Assembly (NCBI RefSeq): GCF_001194135.2
Contig: NC_068995.1
Location: 35,727,235 to 35,791,234 of the forward strand
DNA length: 64,000 nucleotides
Origin: Octopus bimaculoides
Taxonomy: Eukaryota
Direction: 5' to 3'
Position 1 is the first letter of the stretch; the number at the start of each line of letters is the position of its first letter. The notes under the pieces are model-generated. The model was not told where the DNA came from and did not search any database. It worked only from the letters and a program-made list of their open reading frames with translations. This document shows, in pieces, positions 49,731-60,090 of this stretch. The position numbers and the translations under genes were made by a program.

Positions 49731-51376
49731 GAGAGAGAGAGAGAGATTTTTTTATTAGTTTGGTAAGTGCCAATGTACAAAACACTTGGCCCTTGAATCA
49801 CTCTGTAATTTCGGCCAGTTATTAATAAAGGCCATTGCCAGTACCGTCTGACTGGCCTTCGTGCGGGTGACACGTAAAAGCACCCACTACACTATCTGAG
49901 TGGTTGGCGTTAGGAAGGGCATCCAGCTGTAGAAACTCTGCCAAATCAGATAGGAGCCTGGTGTAGCCATCTGGTTTCACCAGTCCTCAGTCAAATCGTC
50001 CAACCCATGCTAGCATGGAAAACGGACGTTAAACGATGATGATGATGAGGAAACATTTGAAAATTTATAACAAGTAACAGGTATATCCAGCCAGAACTTT
50101 CTTGGATCCAATAATATAGAGAGATACAGGTTGAAATGGTTCACCTTCTTGCATAGACAGTTGGTTATAGCAAGATGACTGCTTGATCTAAAATCAAATA
50201 CATGTATAATAGGAGGAATGAGAATGTAAATAAGGAACAATGGATTTAATGAATAAGTGAATGGGGGCTATTGACCCATTTACAAGTTCAACAGAATGGA
50301 AGCAGAAAAAGAAGTTGAATTTTTAATTCTAGCTGATAAAATATTCATAACAGATACAATGACTTAAAAATGTGTGCGTGACCTCACCTGGTTTAAGGAA
50401 AGCACAAAATATAGTTCCATATATGACATTGCCAGCAGATCTAATATCATTTAATGTGCCAAGAATCAGAACTAATTTTTATCTTGAATTTGTAGCATTT
50501 GAGCCAATAATTTTCTGATAAAATCATCTACTCTTAATATTTTTGCTTGAAATTTAAGTGAAATTCTATTTTAACTTGGATAGTACATCTGTGGTTCCAA
50601 TTACCTCTTGTTGATGAATTATTGATAATTTTGAGTAATTGGTTAAATTAACTTTCTTATTTAAACTGCTTGTGTCTGAGTTGTATTTGTAGGTATAAAA
50701 TTTAGTATTCAAATTATGTTCATCTGACCATAAACTTACTTTGATCTTTTCTGTTTGACTTTCACTTTTTGAAATTTTAGAATTAGGTAAAAATTTTCAA
50801 ATTTGGTATATTGATGTCATTTTTCATGCTGAATCTGATATTGTTACTCACTTGTTCCAGAAAAGATCCATTATTAACTGTCTAGATCATTAATTGATAA
50901 TATTACTCCTGCACTCTTTTTTTTATCATCATATGATTTATTTATACCTGATCCAGTTAGTCATTAAATGGTTTTCATTACAAGTATCATTTAAATATCA
51001 TACAACTTCTATAATTGACAATATTCATTTTTCTATCTATTGATGTTTCATTTTACAGTATCATGTGACTGTAGTCCCTCGACGAGATGCTTTGATTAAC
51101 GAAAGCCCCTACAGTGATGACGTTATCATTCATGATGAGAAAGAGGACAAATTGGGGAACAGCCTTGGCAGTTCTTATCATGGTGTCAATCCAGGTAACA
51201 ACCTATCCTACTCAAATAGCATCAAAGCAATCAATGACCTGAATAATTTGACCATGAGAAGCCATCCTAATGACTTCAACTCGCAGCCACTTGATGGAAC
51301 TGAGGGCCTAGTCATACCTATTGACCAGTTCAGACCTGAAAAAGACACTATGAATATTGAAGACACAATTTTATGA
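19410..51376 (+). CDS. Spliced gene, 5'-incomplete: D8C/D10C (UMOD/GP2/OIT3-like) domain + mucin-like stalk + TM + cytoplasmic tail, ~470 aa. Exons 19410-19445, 19627-19778, 27487-27718, 37453-37545, 40208-40510, 44195-44316, 48040-48195, 51059-51376
   Basis: Hand splicing: every junction is GT..AG with matching phases (1,0,1,1,1,0,0). The exons sum to 1412 nt with no internal stop and end at TGA 51374-51376. Confidence 0.88.
19627..19778 (+). CDS. D10C N-terminal exon: (V)EPCDSYTEIDASSRRITEDYDTHCDNTLSEKWYRFIIGKQSAIIPTQCIK
   Basis: ttttcag|..AAG|gtaaaa. The PC-x-Y...CD...WYRF...IP..C pattern is typical of the UMOD/GP2 decoy module. Confidence 0.92.
20786..21142. repeat. Long foldback inverted repeat (~170-bp arms, 7-nt loop TTCGAGC at 20977-20983)
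   Basis: The arms are visibly reverse-complementary. Single-arm copies occur at ~14460-14510 and ~29290-29415. Confidence 0.9.
21530..21860 (-). mobile_element. AT-rich dispersed repeat, probably a PLE terminal repeat; homologous copy at 29885-30070
   Basis: Both places share GATAAAA(A)TCCAAATTT..TGAAAATCCAC..CACATATAG..AATAAGTAAA. Confidence 0.55.
22642..22902. repeat. Near-perfect inverted repeat (~105-bp arms, ~50-bp spacer)
   Basis: TTAATTAATTATTGGATTCTTACAGCTG... against ...CAGCTGTAAGAATCCAATAATTAATTAA. Confidence 0.92.
23600..25470 (+). mobile_element. Penelope-like element: degenerate RT + GIY-YIG + terminal repeat
   Basis: MGSYDGADICDL..IYRDDAL..VNFIDVSL..YKPNRKP; IWFTSP; later CN.CP.N.AC...IIYEA, then WKILAKC..NGRG. 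Confidence 0.92.
25920..26385. repeat. Long inverted repeat of a PLE terminal repeat (loop TCTCACAT 26172-26179) with a hammerhead-like core in each arm
   Basis: The arms are reverse-complementary and each has CTGATGAGGCTTATA...T(A/G)TAAGTCGAAAC. Confidence 0.85.
26531..27240 (-). mobile_element. Penelope-like RT with an uninterrupted frame of about 218 aa before a gap
   Basis: FIQFDISNFYASI, PMGSSDSAQIAD, GLYRDDCL, YLDVTLD, YRPYHKP. Confidence 0.93.
27487..27718 (+). CDS. D8C core exon: NDFCGTKLGMFIDMMNQSFPSTGNTITVTACSSFDILGKWDCCVLSKRIEMRRCPGDFFIYNLKKTDRCPVAYCSML
   Basis: tttcag|..TTGC|gtaagt. The CGT...AC...CC...CPG.FFIYNL...C..AYC motif is diagnostic of D8C. Confidence 0.93.
30351..30580. 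repeat. Inverted repeat (~105-bp arms) of a dispersed family also at 11385-11420, 16460-16535 and 30815-30875
   Basis: GCACTAATCAGCACCAGTATTGCTAGAAATAA / TTATTTCTAGCAACACTGGTGCTGATTAGTGC. Confidence 0.85.
33400..34800 (+). mobile_element. Dong/R4-clade LINE RT remnant
   Basis: KWKSPGND.I; WLTQGITYVLPK..NYKP; NLSTA; ISHFFYIDDLKLHAK..MEFDLHKCAK; many stops. Confidence 0.88.
35192..36380 (+). mobile_element. pogo (DDE_1) transposon, 5'-truncated, with the right TIR
   Basis: IGNADKT..TGHEKDRFTVML..GWMD; one stop at 35472-35474; LLVLDAFRCH..IPGG.T..QPFDV.INKPFK. The end reads ..CGGCTTATACAC..AATACGG|TA. Confidence 0.93.
37453..37545 (+). CDS. Symmetric phase-1 stalk exon (Q)NELPHDNYTILHGAGVNETSPFVSTKDMIK
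   Basis: ttatttcatag|..AAAG|gtaagt, 93 nt, in frame between its neighbours, two N-glycosylation sequons (NYT, NET). Confidence 0.75.
40208..40510 (+). CDS. Thr/Ser-rich stalk exon (D)LTTLETP...TKKGRRNATV...EDEDSALRSFGSGEEKET
   Basis: cttttag|..ACGG|gtaatt, 303 nt, five sequons (NLT, NQT, NVT, NSS, NAT). Confidence 0.88.
40529..41643 (+). repeat. Tandem cluster of SINE-A copies with an 18-bp target repeat present three times
   Basis: AATATTTATTGATCGATT at 40529, 41370 and 41626. Confidence 0.85.
42015..42600 (-). mobile_element. Internally deleted mariner with both TIRs
   Basis: TA|CGAGGGGTACCCAAAAG ... CTTTTGGGTGCTTCCTCG|TA. The minus frame reads QRASVKFYFLLGQTATEIVVMLQTAYKD. Confidence 0.85.
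44195..44316 (+). CDS. Stalk exon (A)WKEKYSIPNSTVSPAASHRTSITPVITAFEKTVTPNQTIT
   Basis: catttttttacag|..ACG|gtaaca. This phase 1-to-0 exon is needed to join exon 40208-40510 to the TM exon. Confidence 0.82.
44480..46560 (+). mobile_element. Degenerate Penelope-like element interrupted by a Dong LINE
   Basis: FLDISLDL..YKPY; NISTRVS..EIFEKAASYYNNAL; resumes with IWFAPTFS..SCNCRDP..IIYKVKV. Confidence 0.85.
44805..45810 (+). mobile_element. Dong/R4 LINE 3' end (CCHC knuckle + RLE region) with an (AAT)n tail
   Basis: WLRSSGLKAETEGFLIAAQDQSLPTRNY..CRICG..ETINHIISGC..YIHRHD; PIIVGALG; ends in (AAT)n. Confidence 0.92.
47262..47847. mobile_element. Merlin-like MITE inserted in a SINE-B, 8-bp TSD CAAAGCTT, containing inverted telomere-like repeats
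   Basis: ~27-bp TIR (A/G)GATCT.TTTTAAAACGGGGGCCACATT; TSD at 47254-47261 and 47848-47855. Confidence 0.7.
48040..48195 (+). CDS. Transmembrane exon AEPSQDIFQEYLALFIILMIIGFLCLILLLSSCMYLYCQRHSGHWDRALAEQ
   Basis: ctctctccccaacag|..CAG|gtgaga, hydrophobic run of about 23 aa, juxtamembrane Cys. Confidence 0.9.
49833..50047 (+). mobile_element. SINE/LINE-tail family D ending in (GAT)n. Other copies: 54440-55080, 57270-57402, 58295-58799 (-)
   Basis: Shared GGTTGGCGTTAGGAAGGGCATCCAGCTGTAGAAAC..CCCATGCTAGCATGGAA..(GAT)n; RTE-like tail. Confidence 0.8.
51059..51376 (+). CDS. Terminal exon, cytoplasmic tail YHVTVVPRRDALINESPYSDD...EKDTMNIEDTIL*
   Basis: ttttacag| acceptor in phase 0; coincides with supplied ORF 51065..51376. 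Confidence 0.87.
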   Translation, partial: YHVTVVPRRDALINESPYSDDVIIHDEKEDKLGNSLGSSYHGVNPGNNLSYSNSIKAINDLNNLTMRSHPNDFNSQPLDGTEGLVIPIDQFRPEKDTMNIEDTIL

Positions 51377-52154
51377 GTAAGTGCTCACTGTGAGCACCAG
51401 ATCAGCAAACACATTGTCAATGACAAAGAGTTAATCCTTTGACAATTCTTCAGTTTAAATCATCAGGAATAATTATCTCAAAACTACAAAGAAAACAAAA
51501 ACATACCAAACTACACAGCTACCACAACTACTACTTCTACTGTCACTATTATTACTGCGATACAACGATTTCTGTTGCTGTGGCAACTAATTTACTTCAG
51601 CTACATCAACAACATCATTATCAACAACAACAACATACAATAATAATTAATGGTTTCCAGTATTGGAAGGGCGCACAGCACCAGAATTTTCAACTCAAAC
51701 TACTCCAAATTTTAGTTAGTGTATCCACATAAATGTAGTCCTGACCAGTTAGTTTGTACTGGTATCGAGTCATATAAGTCGTAATAATAAAGTCAAACCA
51801 AATAGATACAACCGTCTCATTTTCTTTCAATACTGTTCATTGGTACATCTTCCCCACTACCTCACTATATATATATCCTCTTCTTTTCTCTCTCTCTCTC
51901 TCCCTTCTTTCTTCCCCTAACTTAGTAACTGATTTACGATTCTGACCATAGATACTGAAATATTTCCATCAATTGTTTCATATTTTGAAATGTTTTAACC
52001 GTGGAAGGTCTAACATTAAATGATTTCAAAATATCACTATTTAGTTTGACTTCTTTATTACAGCTTCATATATGTGTGTGTGTGTATATACACACACACA
52101 CATATATATATATATACATATATATATACATACATACATATACACACACACATA

Positions 52155-52195
<41 letters not shown>

Positions 52196-52677
52196 ATATA
52201 TAATATATGTATATATACAGCAATCTCCAGTGTCATTCAACAGTTACTTTCCAGAAAGCATTTCTATTGCATGGAATCCAGAACCTGATATAATTTTTTT
52301 CTTTGGCTTTCGAGTTAAAATTTGAAATGTATTCCTCCACAAATTTTTTTAAAAAAGAAAAAAAAACATTAAGAATAAAACCACTTTTATAATCTTAACC
52401 AGAGTTTCCACAAGACAAAAATCCTTGTGTGTATGTGTGTGTGTGTGTGTGTGTGTGTTGTCTGTGTGTGTGTGTGTGTGTGTGTGGTCTGTGTGTCCAT
52501 ATGTATATATATACACACACACATATGTATGCATATGTGTACAGATGCATACACACATGCACATATATATATGTATTCATATTATACATGTATATATGTC
52601 TATGTATATGTATCTGTGTGTATATATATGTAAAATATATGTATTTATATATGTGTGTGTGTGTGTATGCGCGTGTG

Positions 52678-52728
<51 letters not shown>

Positions 52729-53762
52729 TCATACATACAAATTACTGCCATAGAACAATATGGGATTTTTGACAGTAATCATAACAATTACTTTAATCTG
52801 CTGATCATTCCAAGACACTTTCAAAGAAAGCTTCATACTTTTTTTTGTTTATGGATTTGTTTTGCAAGATTCCTGATGTGAAATCATGTATTGAAACAGA
52901 TATTGTTATATTTGGGGATGGTCTTTTTTTTCTCTCTTTTCTTTTGGGCCTAGTAACCACAGGCACTGTATAGCGGTTCTCCATGGCAGCTTTAATATTA
53001 TTCTTATTTTAGAGTCCTTACTTTCCTTTGTCCTTTGTTTGAAATCTAACAAAAGAACACTGAGATAAGAATAGTAATAATGAAGCTGAAGTGAGGAACA
53101 AATATACAGTGCATGTGCTTATTTGGAAAGAAAAAAATGAACATCTCATTCATACTTTTTCTTATTCAGTAAATTTGTACATTTTTGCATTTAATTTCTT
53201 TTCCAAGTAATTTTATATCAACAACTGCTTTTCTTTTTGTTTCTCAGACACATTTTTTTTATGTTACTTGAGGTTATAATTTTTGATTTTAGTCATTACA
53301 AGATGCATCTTTAAGATGGTTTTTTTATATATATTTTATCTTCGCTTGTAATTTTGAAATAGGAAATACTCAGTTTTAGCTAAACTGAAGTTGCACATAA
53401 ACCTCACTTGACATTTTTATGTATTATATTTATTTTTAATAAAACTACTAGCTTATAATTATTCTGCCTCACTTTTTAACATCATTATTTTATATTATAT
53501 ATAAATATATACATACACAAGCACACAAAGTAACACATTTGTGTGTATGTGTTTATACATCTTCACTCACACACACATTCAAACATTACATATTTGTATA
53601 AGTGTATACATACATCCACACACATACACATCCTAACCACATGCTTCTAGATTCAGTCCCACTGTGTGGGACCTTGAGCAAGTGTCTTCTACAATACTCT
53701 CAGGCTGACCGAAGCTTTGTGGATTTGGTTGACAGAAACTGAAAGAAGTCCATTGTATATTT

Positions 53763-53824
<62 letters not shown>

Positions 53825-53879
53825 GCATGTGTATTGGACTTCTTTATATATTGTCATCTTGTTAGAACTGACTAAAGTC

Positions 53880-54270
53880 TATTCTAACAAAATGACAAAA
53901 AAATTTCAACAAGTCTTAATTTATTAATATTGTTGAGAAATAACTGATATAAGAACAAAGTCATTGGAGTATAGGAGCTTCCAAAGCCAGTCAGTCTTAA
54001 CTTCTGTTATGGCCTGGAGAACTATGATCAACAAGAGGGGGCTGAGAACCGATTCTTGATGAACTCCTACTTGTACACTAAATTCCTTGCTATACTCATT
54101 GCTGACTTTCAACTTACAGCATCCCTGTACAAGGAATGTATTCTCCCTTCTATCACCTTTTCATACACTTTCTTCTAACACCTTCATGGTCATGCCCTTT
54201 CTATTCAACTCCTTTGCCAACAACCATCACGTAGTTGTCTACCACACACTTTTTTTTCAGTTAAACTCCC
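53880..54270 (-). mobile_element. RTE-clade LINE RT remnant
   Basis: SKEFSVQVGVHQESVLSPLLLIIVLQAIT..LLYSNDFVL. Confidence 0.85.
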
Positions 54271-57200
54271 TCTATAAACTCCTACAATAAAAATCTGCAT
54301 AGTGAAATAAATAGTAATACTAATGTTAAAATAAGCATCAGAATGTTATTGGCTATCTAACACCATTCATTCTTTGGTACTGGCACTGTTTTTGTCATTA
54401 ACTCATTTGTCTGTGGCCCATTTCATCTGAGTGGAGTCAGGTGGACTTTTTTCTGGATGCAGTCTATGAAGTCTGCAGATGAAGCAACAGTAGCACCATG
54501 CCAGTGCAGAAGAAGCACCCCATTGTGGAATTTACTTGAGCTAGGTGCATTGCTGTACTCAGGAAGACCTGCCCACCACAACAGAATTGGAATCCTAAAA
54601 CCAAGGCATTGGTGTGGGTGCTGGTGCCATGTAAAAAGCACTGGTGATGGTGCCACATAAAAAGCACCTAGCATACTTATTTCTTTATTGCCCACGAGGG
54701 GCTAAACATAGAGGGGACAAACAAGGACAGAGGGATTAAGTCAATTACATCGACCCCAGTGCGTAACTGGTACTTAATTTATCGACCCTGAAAGGATAAA
54801 AGGCAGTCGACCTCGACGGAATTTGAACTCAGAATGTAACAGCAGACGAAATACCGCTAAGCATTTCGCCCGGCGTGCTAACGATTCTGCCAGCTCACCG
54901 CCTAGTATACTGTGGAGTGATTGGTGTTAGGTAGAGCATCTAACCATACAAAACAAACCAAAACAGACTATGGAACCTGGTGCAGCACCTGGCCTTAACA
55001 GTTCCTGTCAAGCTGTCCAACCCATGCCAGTATGGAAAATAGGCGTTAAATGTTGATGAAGATGCAGATGATGATGAGGAAGAGGATTGTTAAAGGGGTG
55101 GAGAAGGGGCTGAGCCATTTTATGGTTTGGAGAAAAAAAGATCAGCCTTTGTGAGAAGTGGCAAAAGGCTGTACTGGAGAAAACACTCAAAAGTATGGAC
55201 ATACACCGAACTCAAAAGTATGGATGTACAAACAATAACAGTGATGGTAATAGGGATGTTTAATATTGACTATTGGATACCTCTCAGCCATTTGCTCATA
55301 ATATGACCTGTGAAATTGAAGATAGAAACACACTTTGTGTATGTATTCCATCCTCCAGCTAATCAACACTCACCTATATAGTTGTCCATCATTTTCTTTC
55401 TCTTTTCCATTACTCCTGCCTCTATAACACTCTCTCTCTCCCCATCTCAGATTATTTTCTCATTATTGAAATCTGTTGCTCTTGTACTCTTCTATTATTT
55501 CCGCTTCTATCAATTGGCCTCTCTCTCTCTTTCACACACACACACACACACACTTCCGTTAAACTTAACCCTATTTTCCTCTCGCTACTACCATTCAGTT
55601 CGACTCTCATTACTCTTGCTTCTATAGCTCTTTCACACACTTTCTTCTGATACACTCCTGGTCACACCCTTTCTATTCTAACCCTTTACCAACAACTCTC
55701 ATGTAGTTGCCTACCATACACTCCCTTGTAGTTGCCCACTATACACACTCATGTAGTTGCCTACCATACACTTTGTCTTTATCCTTTTTCTATCAAATTC
55801 CTACTCTAGCTCTCATGTTTACTCTCCCTTCTATCACTTCCTTACTCCCTCGTCATCATATCCTGTATGGAAAGAAAAGAACAATATAGGGAAAAGAGGA
55901 ACCTCTAGTTTTCCTAGGGTTAAGAGTCAACCTCCATGTTGTTGACAGACAAATGAAAAGACAACAAAGAGGCTGCTTTAATCTTGTCAAGAACAATTCA
56001 AAATCTAACTAGGACTGGTAGCAAGTTAAAATGCATTCAGTTCACTCTATAAAACATTGGTGATCCAATGAAGTCAGTTGTGAAAATCAAGTAAAAAAAA
56101 TGTACAAGTAAAACAGACTTAATTGTACATTTGTACATTTCATAATCCCCAGTCAGTCTAGGAGGGCAGTAAATTCAAATAAGAACTGACTCTAGTTGTA
56201 ATCACCATTGTCAGTGGCAGTAACAGCAGTGGTGGAGGTGGCAGCAGCAGCAGTGGTGGTAGAGGTGGCAGTAGCAGCATTGTTTAATGTTTACTTCCAT
56301 GCTCGCATGAGCTAGATGGATTATCACAGTCAGTTTTGTTCAAATTTACTACCCTCCAAAGTAGGTTGGGGGATCATATCTCACTCAAACATTTCAATTT
56401 TGCTTTGACTTGGTTTCTATTGCCAACCACTTTAGAGTGAGCTAGATGTATTTTATCAGGAGATTGTCATGTTCTAGACAAAACTGTAAGGTCTTCTCAA
56501 ACCCAGCTTATCTTCAATCATTTGCCAATCATTTTACAAAGTGTACTAGGTGCATTTTTATCAAGGCACTGGCATTAGTGAAGTTCCCTTGTATTCTGTA
56601 AGACCAGAAAATCTTCAATACTCAATCATGTATCTTCTCACTCAAGGCAAAGTATCTGAGAACATGAGTAAAAGAGGAAACAGTGATAGAAGAAGAATCA
56701 GGATGGAAGTGAGTGTCAAAAGTTACAAGATTATGATGGTAGAAACAGAGTGGCTTGAGGGTGAGCAAGATATAGAGTGATGAGTATTAATGGAGATGGG
56801 TAATGGTATATGATGGATGGCAATAGACAGTGGCTTGGGAGAGAGGAGGTGATGACTGACAGTACACAAAAGTGTATTGTGTATCGTCTTCCTTGTGTGT
56901 AGTCTTCCATCAGAGTAATACAGCAAACAGAAGAGAGGGGGAGTAGTGATAGGTGTAACGATGGCTCGAGAAATGATGCCTTCTTTAGTCGCATTAAAAT
57001 AATTATAAAGCAAATAGAAGACATTTAGAGTAGAATGAGGGTGATTGATGGGGAGAAGAATAATAGAAAGAAAGAAGAGTGATGGAAAGCTGAAGGAGAT
57101 GAGAGGATATCAAACATGGAAGGGAGGCAGCAGATGTAGACTTGACAGGGACCAATTGGGCAAGGGACCCAAACATGTGCATATAAACATATGCATACAA

Positions 57201-60090
57201 ACACACACATGCATTTATACATATACTTTTAGTCGTTTGTGAAAACATGTCTGATCATGGGGAATATTATCTTGCCTAGAAATAGGCATGGGTTGGTGAC
57301 AGGAAAAGCATCCAGCTATAGAAAATCTGCTTCAACAAATTCTATCTGACCCATGCAAGCTTAGAAAAGTGAACATTATAATGATGATGATGATGATGAT
57401 GTGGTGGAATAGAAAAGATCAGCAATAACATATGTAATAGAAATGCTGATGGTAGATGTATGCATGTGTATGTGTGTGTGTGTACACACGCATGCATATA
57501 TGTATATGTGATAAACTGTTTTGTTCAGTGATCAAGTCTTTCTGCTTGAGATTTATTCTTATCTTACTTTCTGAACAATAATGTTTTATTCTTATCTTAC
57601 TGTCTAAACAATAATGCTGAAATTTCTACTTTTTGCTTGCGGAAAAACAAAATAAAGGTCACAGTTGATTGAATAACAAAAAACATTTCTACCATTATCA
57701 TCAATAGCAGCAATAACTCTTGTTTTGAATAATTGTTAATGGTTTTGTTTTGTTTTGTTTTTTTTCTTACTGAAACATAAACCCATTCTTTGTGAAATAA
57801 GAGAGCTCAGTTGATAAACAACAATATATTAATGGTCGTTATTTACTCCTGAAACATGAAATGTAATTTACCCTTTTTTAAGATTTGAAACATAGATATA
57901 TATTGGGATAATATATATACTCAAGTAATACATACTCACATGATGCATTCTCAGATAATATGTACTGAGATAATACATACTCTGATATGTACTCAAATAG
58001 TTTGTACTCAGATAATATAAACATGGAAGAAAGTTGTCTTTGGCACTTTGAAAATCATAATTTCTTCAAGGCATTTGGATTTTTCCAAATGACCACCCTC
58101 CAACACCACTAGCAATACAGAGAGATGAAGTAAAGAAGATATCACAATTAGAAATATATAACAAGGATCATATGCGATATGAGCAAAACCATAAAATAAC
58201 ATGATTCATAATTTCCAGCCACAATTAGAAATGTTATCACAACTGTCTAATCTCATCAACTACCATCATATCAGAGCCTAGATATTTAATAACATCATCA
58301 TCATCATCATCGTCGTCGTTTAACGTCCACTTTCCATGCTAGCATGGGTTGGACGACTTGACTGAGGACTGGTGGAACCTGATGGCTACACCAGGCTCCA
58401 ATCTGATTTGGCAGAGTTTCTACAGCTGGATGCCCTTCCTAACGCCAACCACTCCGAGAGTGTAGTAGGTGCTTTTACATGTCAGCGGCACGAAGGCCAG
58501 TCAGGCGATACTGGCAACAGCCATGCTCAAAATGGTGTATTTTATGTACCACCCGCACAAGAGCCAGTCCAAGGACACTGGCAACGGTCTCGCTCGAAAG
58601 TCCTTACACATGCTGCGGGCACAAGTGCCAGAAAGGCGACGCTGAGCACAGGTGCCATCACGATTTCGCTTGCCCCAACAGGTCTTTGCAAGCTGAGTTT
58701 CGTGTCCAATGAAGGAGACGACGTTGGTATGGGTGCCAGTCATCGAGTTTAGTTTGATTTCCATTTCACTTGCCTCAACAGGTCTTCGCAAGCAGAGTTT
58801 TTCCAGCCACAATTAGAAATGTTATCACAACTGTCTAATCTCATCAACTACCATCATATCAGAGCCTAGATATTTAATAACAACAACAATAATAACAGTC
58901 ATCATCAATTTATGATATTAAATATTCCCCAACAGCTGAACTTCTATGAAAGGTAATTTAGCCTTCTATTTGTCTATTCAGTCGGGCAATTTGCCAGGAT
59001 CAATACAACTCTTCAACACCAGATGTCCCAATCTTCCATAACAGTTTTTATATCCTCAACTTGATGTCCACTGTGTTCCACAAGTTCGTCAATATATGCT
59101 CTTCTCGGTCTGCCAATATTTGTATGTCTATGTATGAGTTTCCAGAAAAGGCGACTGATGGATATTTCATCTTAGTTTCTCCAGCAGTGTTATGCATAAT
59201 ATGTTCTTTTTCTGATTACCAAGGTGATGGTAGAAAGACTGCCGTATGGTCACTGCTTTGTAGATTGTTGCTGCCAAGAAAGTCCGAGAATTGTATGAAG
59301 CTTTCTTGTGTATGTACCGTCAACAAATTAAGTAGCAGAAATTTACATTTTAGGATCTAAATAGCATCCAACCCTTGATTTTGTTAAAGGAGGAGACTTC
59401 AGGTTATCTCCATTTGATTACTTTATCTTGGAGTAATTTTAATCAAATCATGTGGAAAATTTAACAACATATGAAATATTTTAATTACAAAAATGAGAAA
59501 AGATCAAGAAATGAATGAAAAGAAAGAGACAATGGAAATAGTAAGTTTAAAATTCATCAAAATGTATTGCTTATGCATGTCTCCACTGGTTTTATGAAGA
59601 AACTAAGTACTCAGTAGATAATCCACTTGTTTATCAAGGTCTTAAGTACTCACTGGATATCACAGAATCAGTTGTTCTATTGAAGTTGTAACATATCAGC
59701 AAGATGTGAAGAGGTCAATAGTTACTTGGAGGAATAAAGTACAGTAAACAGGTCATAGTACCATTAGCTGTGTTAAGAAGTAAACACTGACTAGACGTTA
59801 CAGAAGTCTATCAATGAAGTAGGTATTGACTAGATGTTATGAAGATACCAACTTCATTAAAGAAGTAGATACAACCATTAATTCTTTACAATATAAAAGA
59901 GAAACAGATCTACAAAGAAATGTATAATCGTCATTTTACAGAGCACAAGAGTTTGCTTTGGTGTTCTATTTGAAATATATATTGTCTGTAAGTCAGGTAT
60001 GTGAAGTTATAAAAAATAAACCAGCTGGAGTTGAATTATCGAAAATAAAGCATAATTTTAATATACAAAGTTATTGGTGAGGTCACAGTT

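Noticed and set aside
20305-52881. ORFs of (HT)n, (CV)n, (YI)n or (MYVC)n type
   Set aside because: They are translations of CA/TA/CATA microsatellites and have no splice or domain support.
59061-59360. ORF of 99 aa (+)
   Set aside because: No motif or splice support; probably 3' UTR of the Tudor gene or intergenic DNA.
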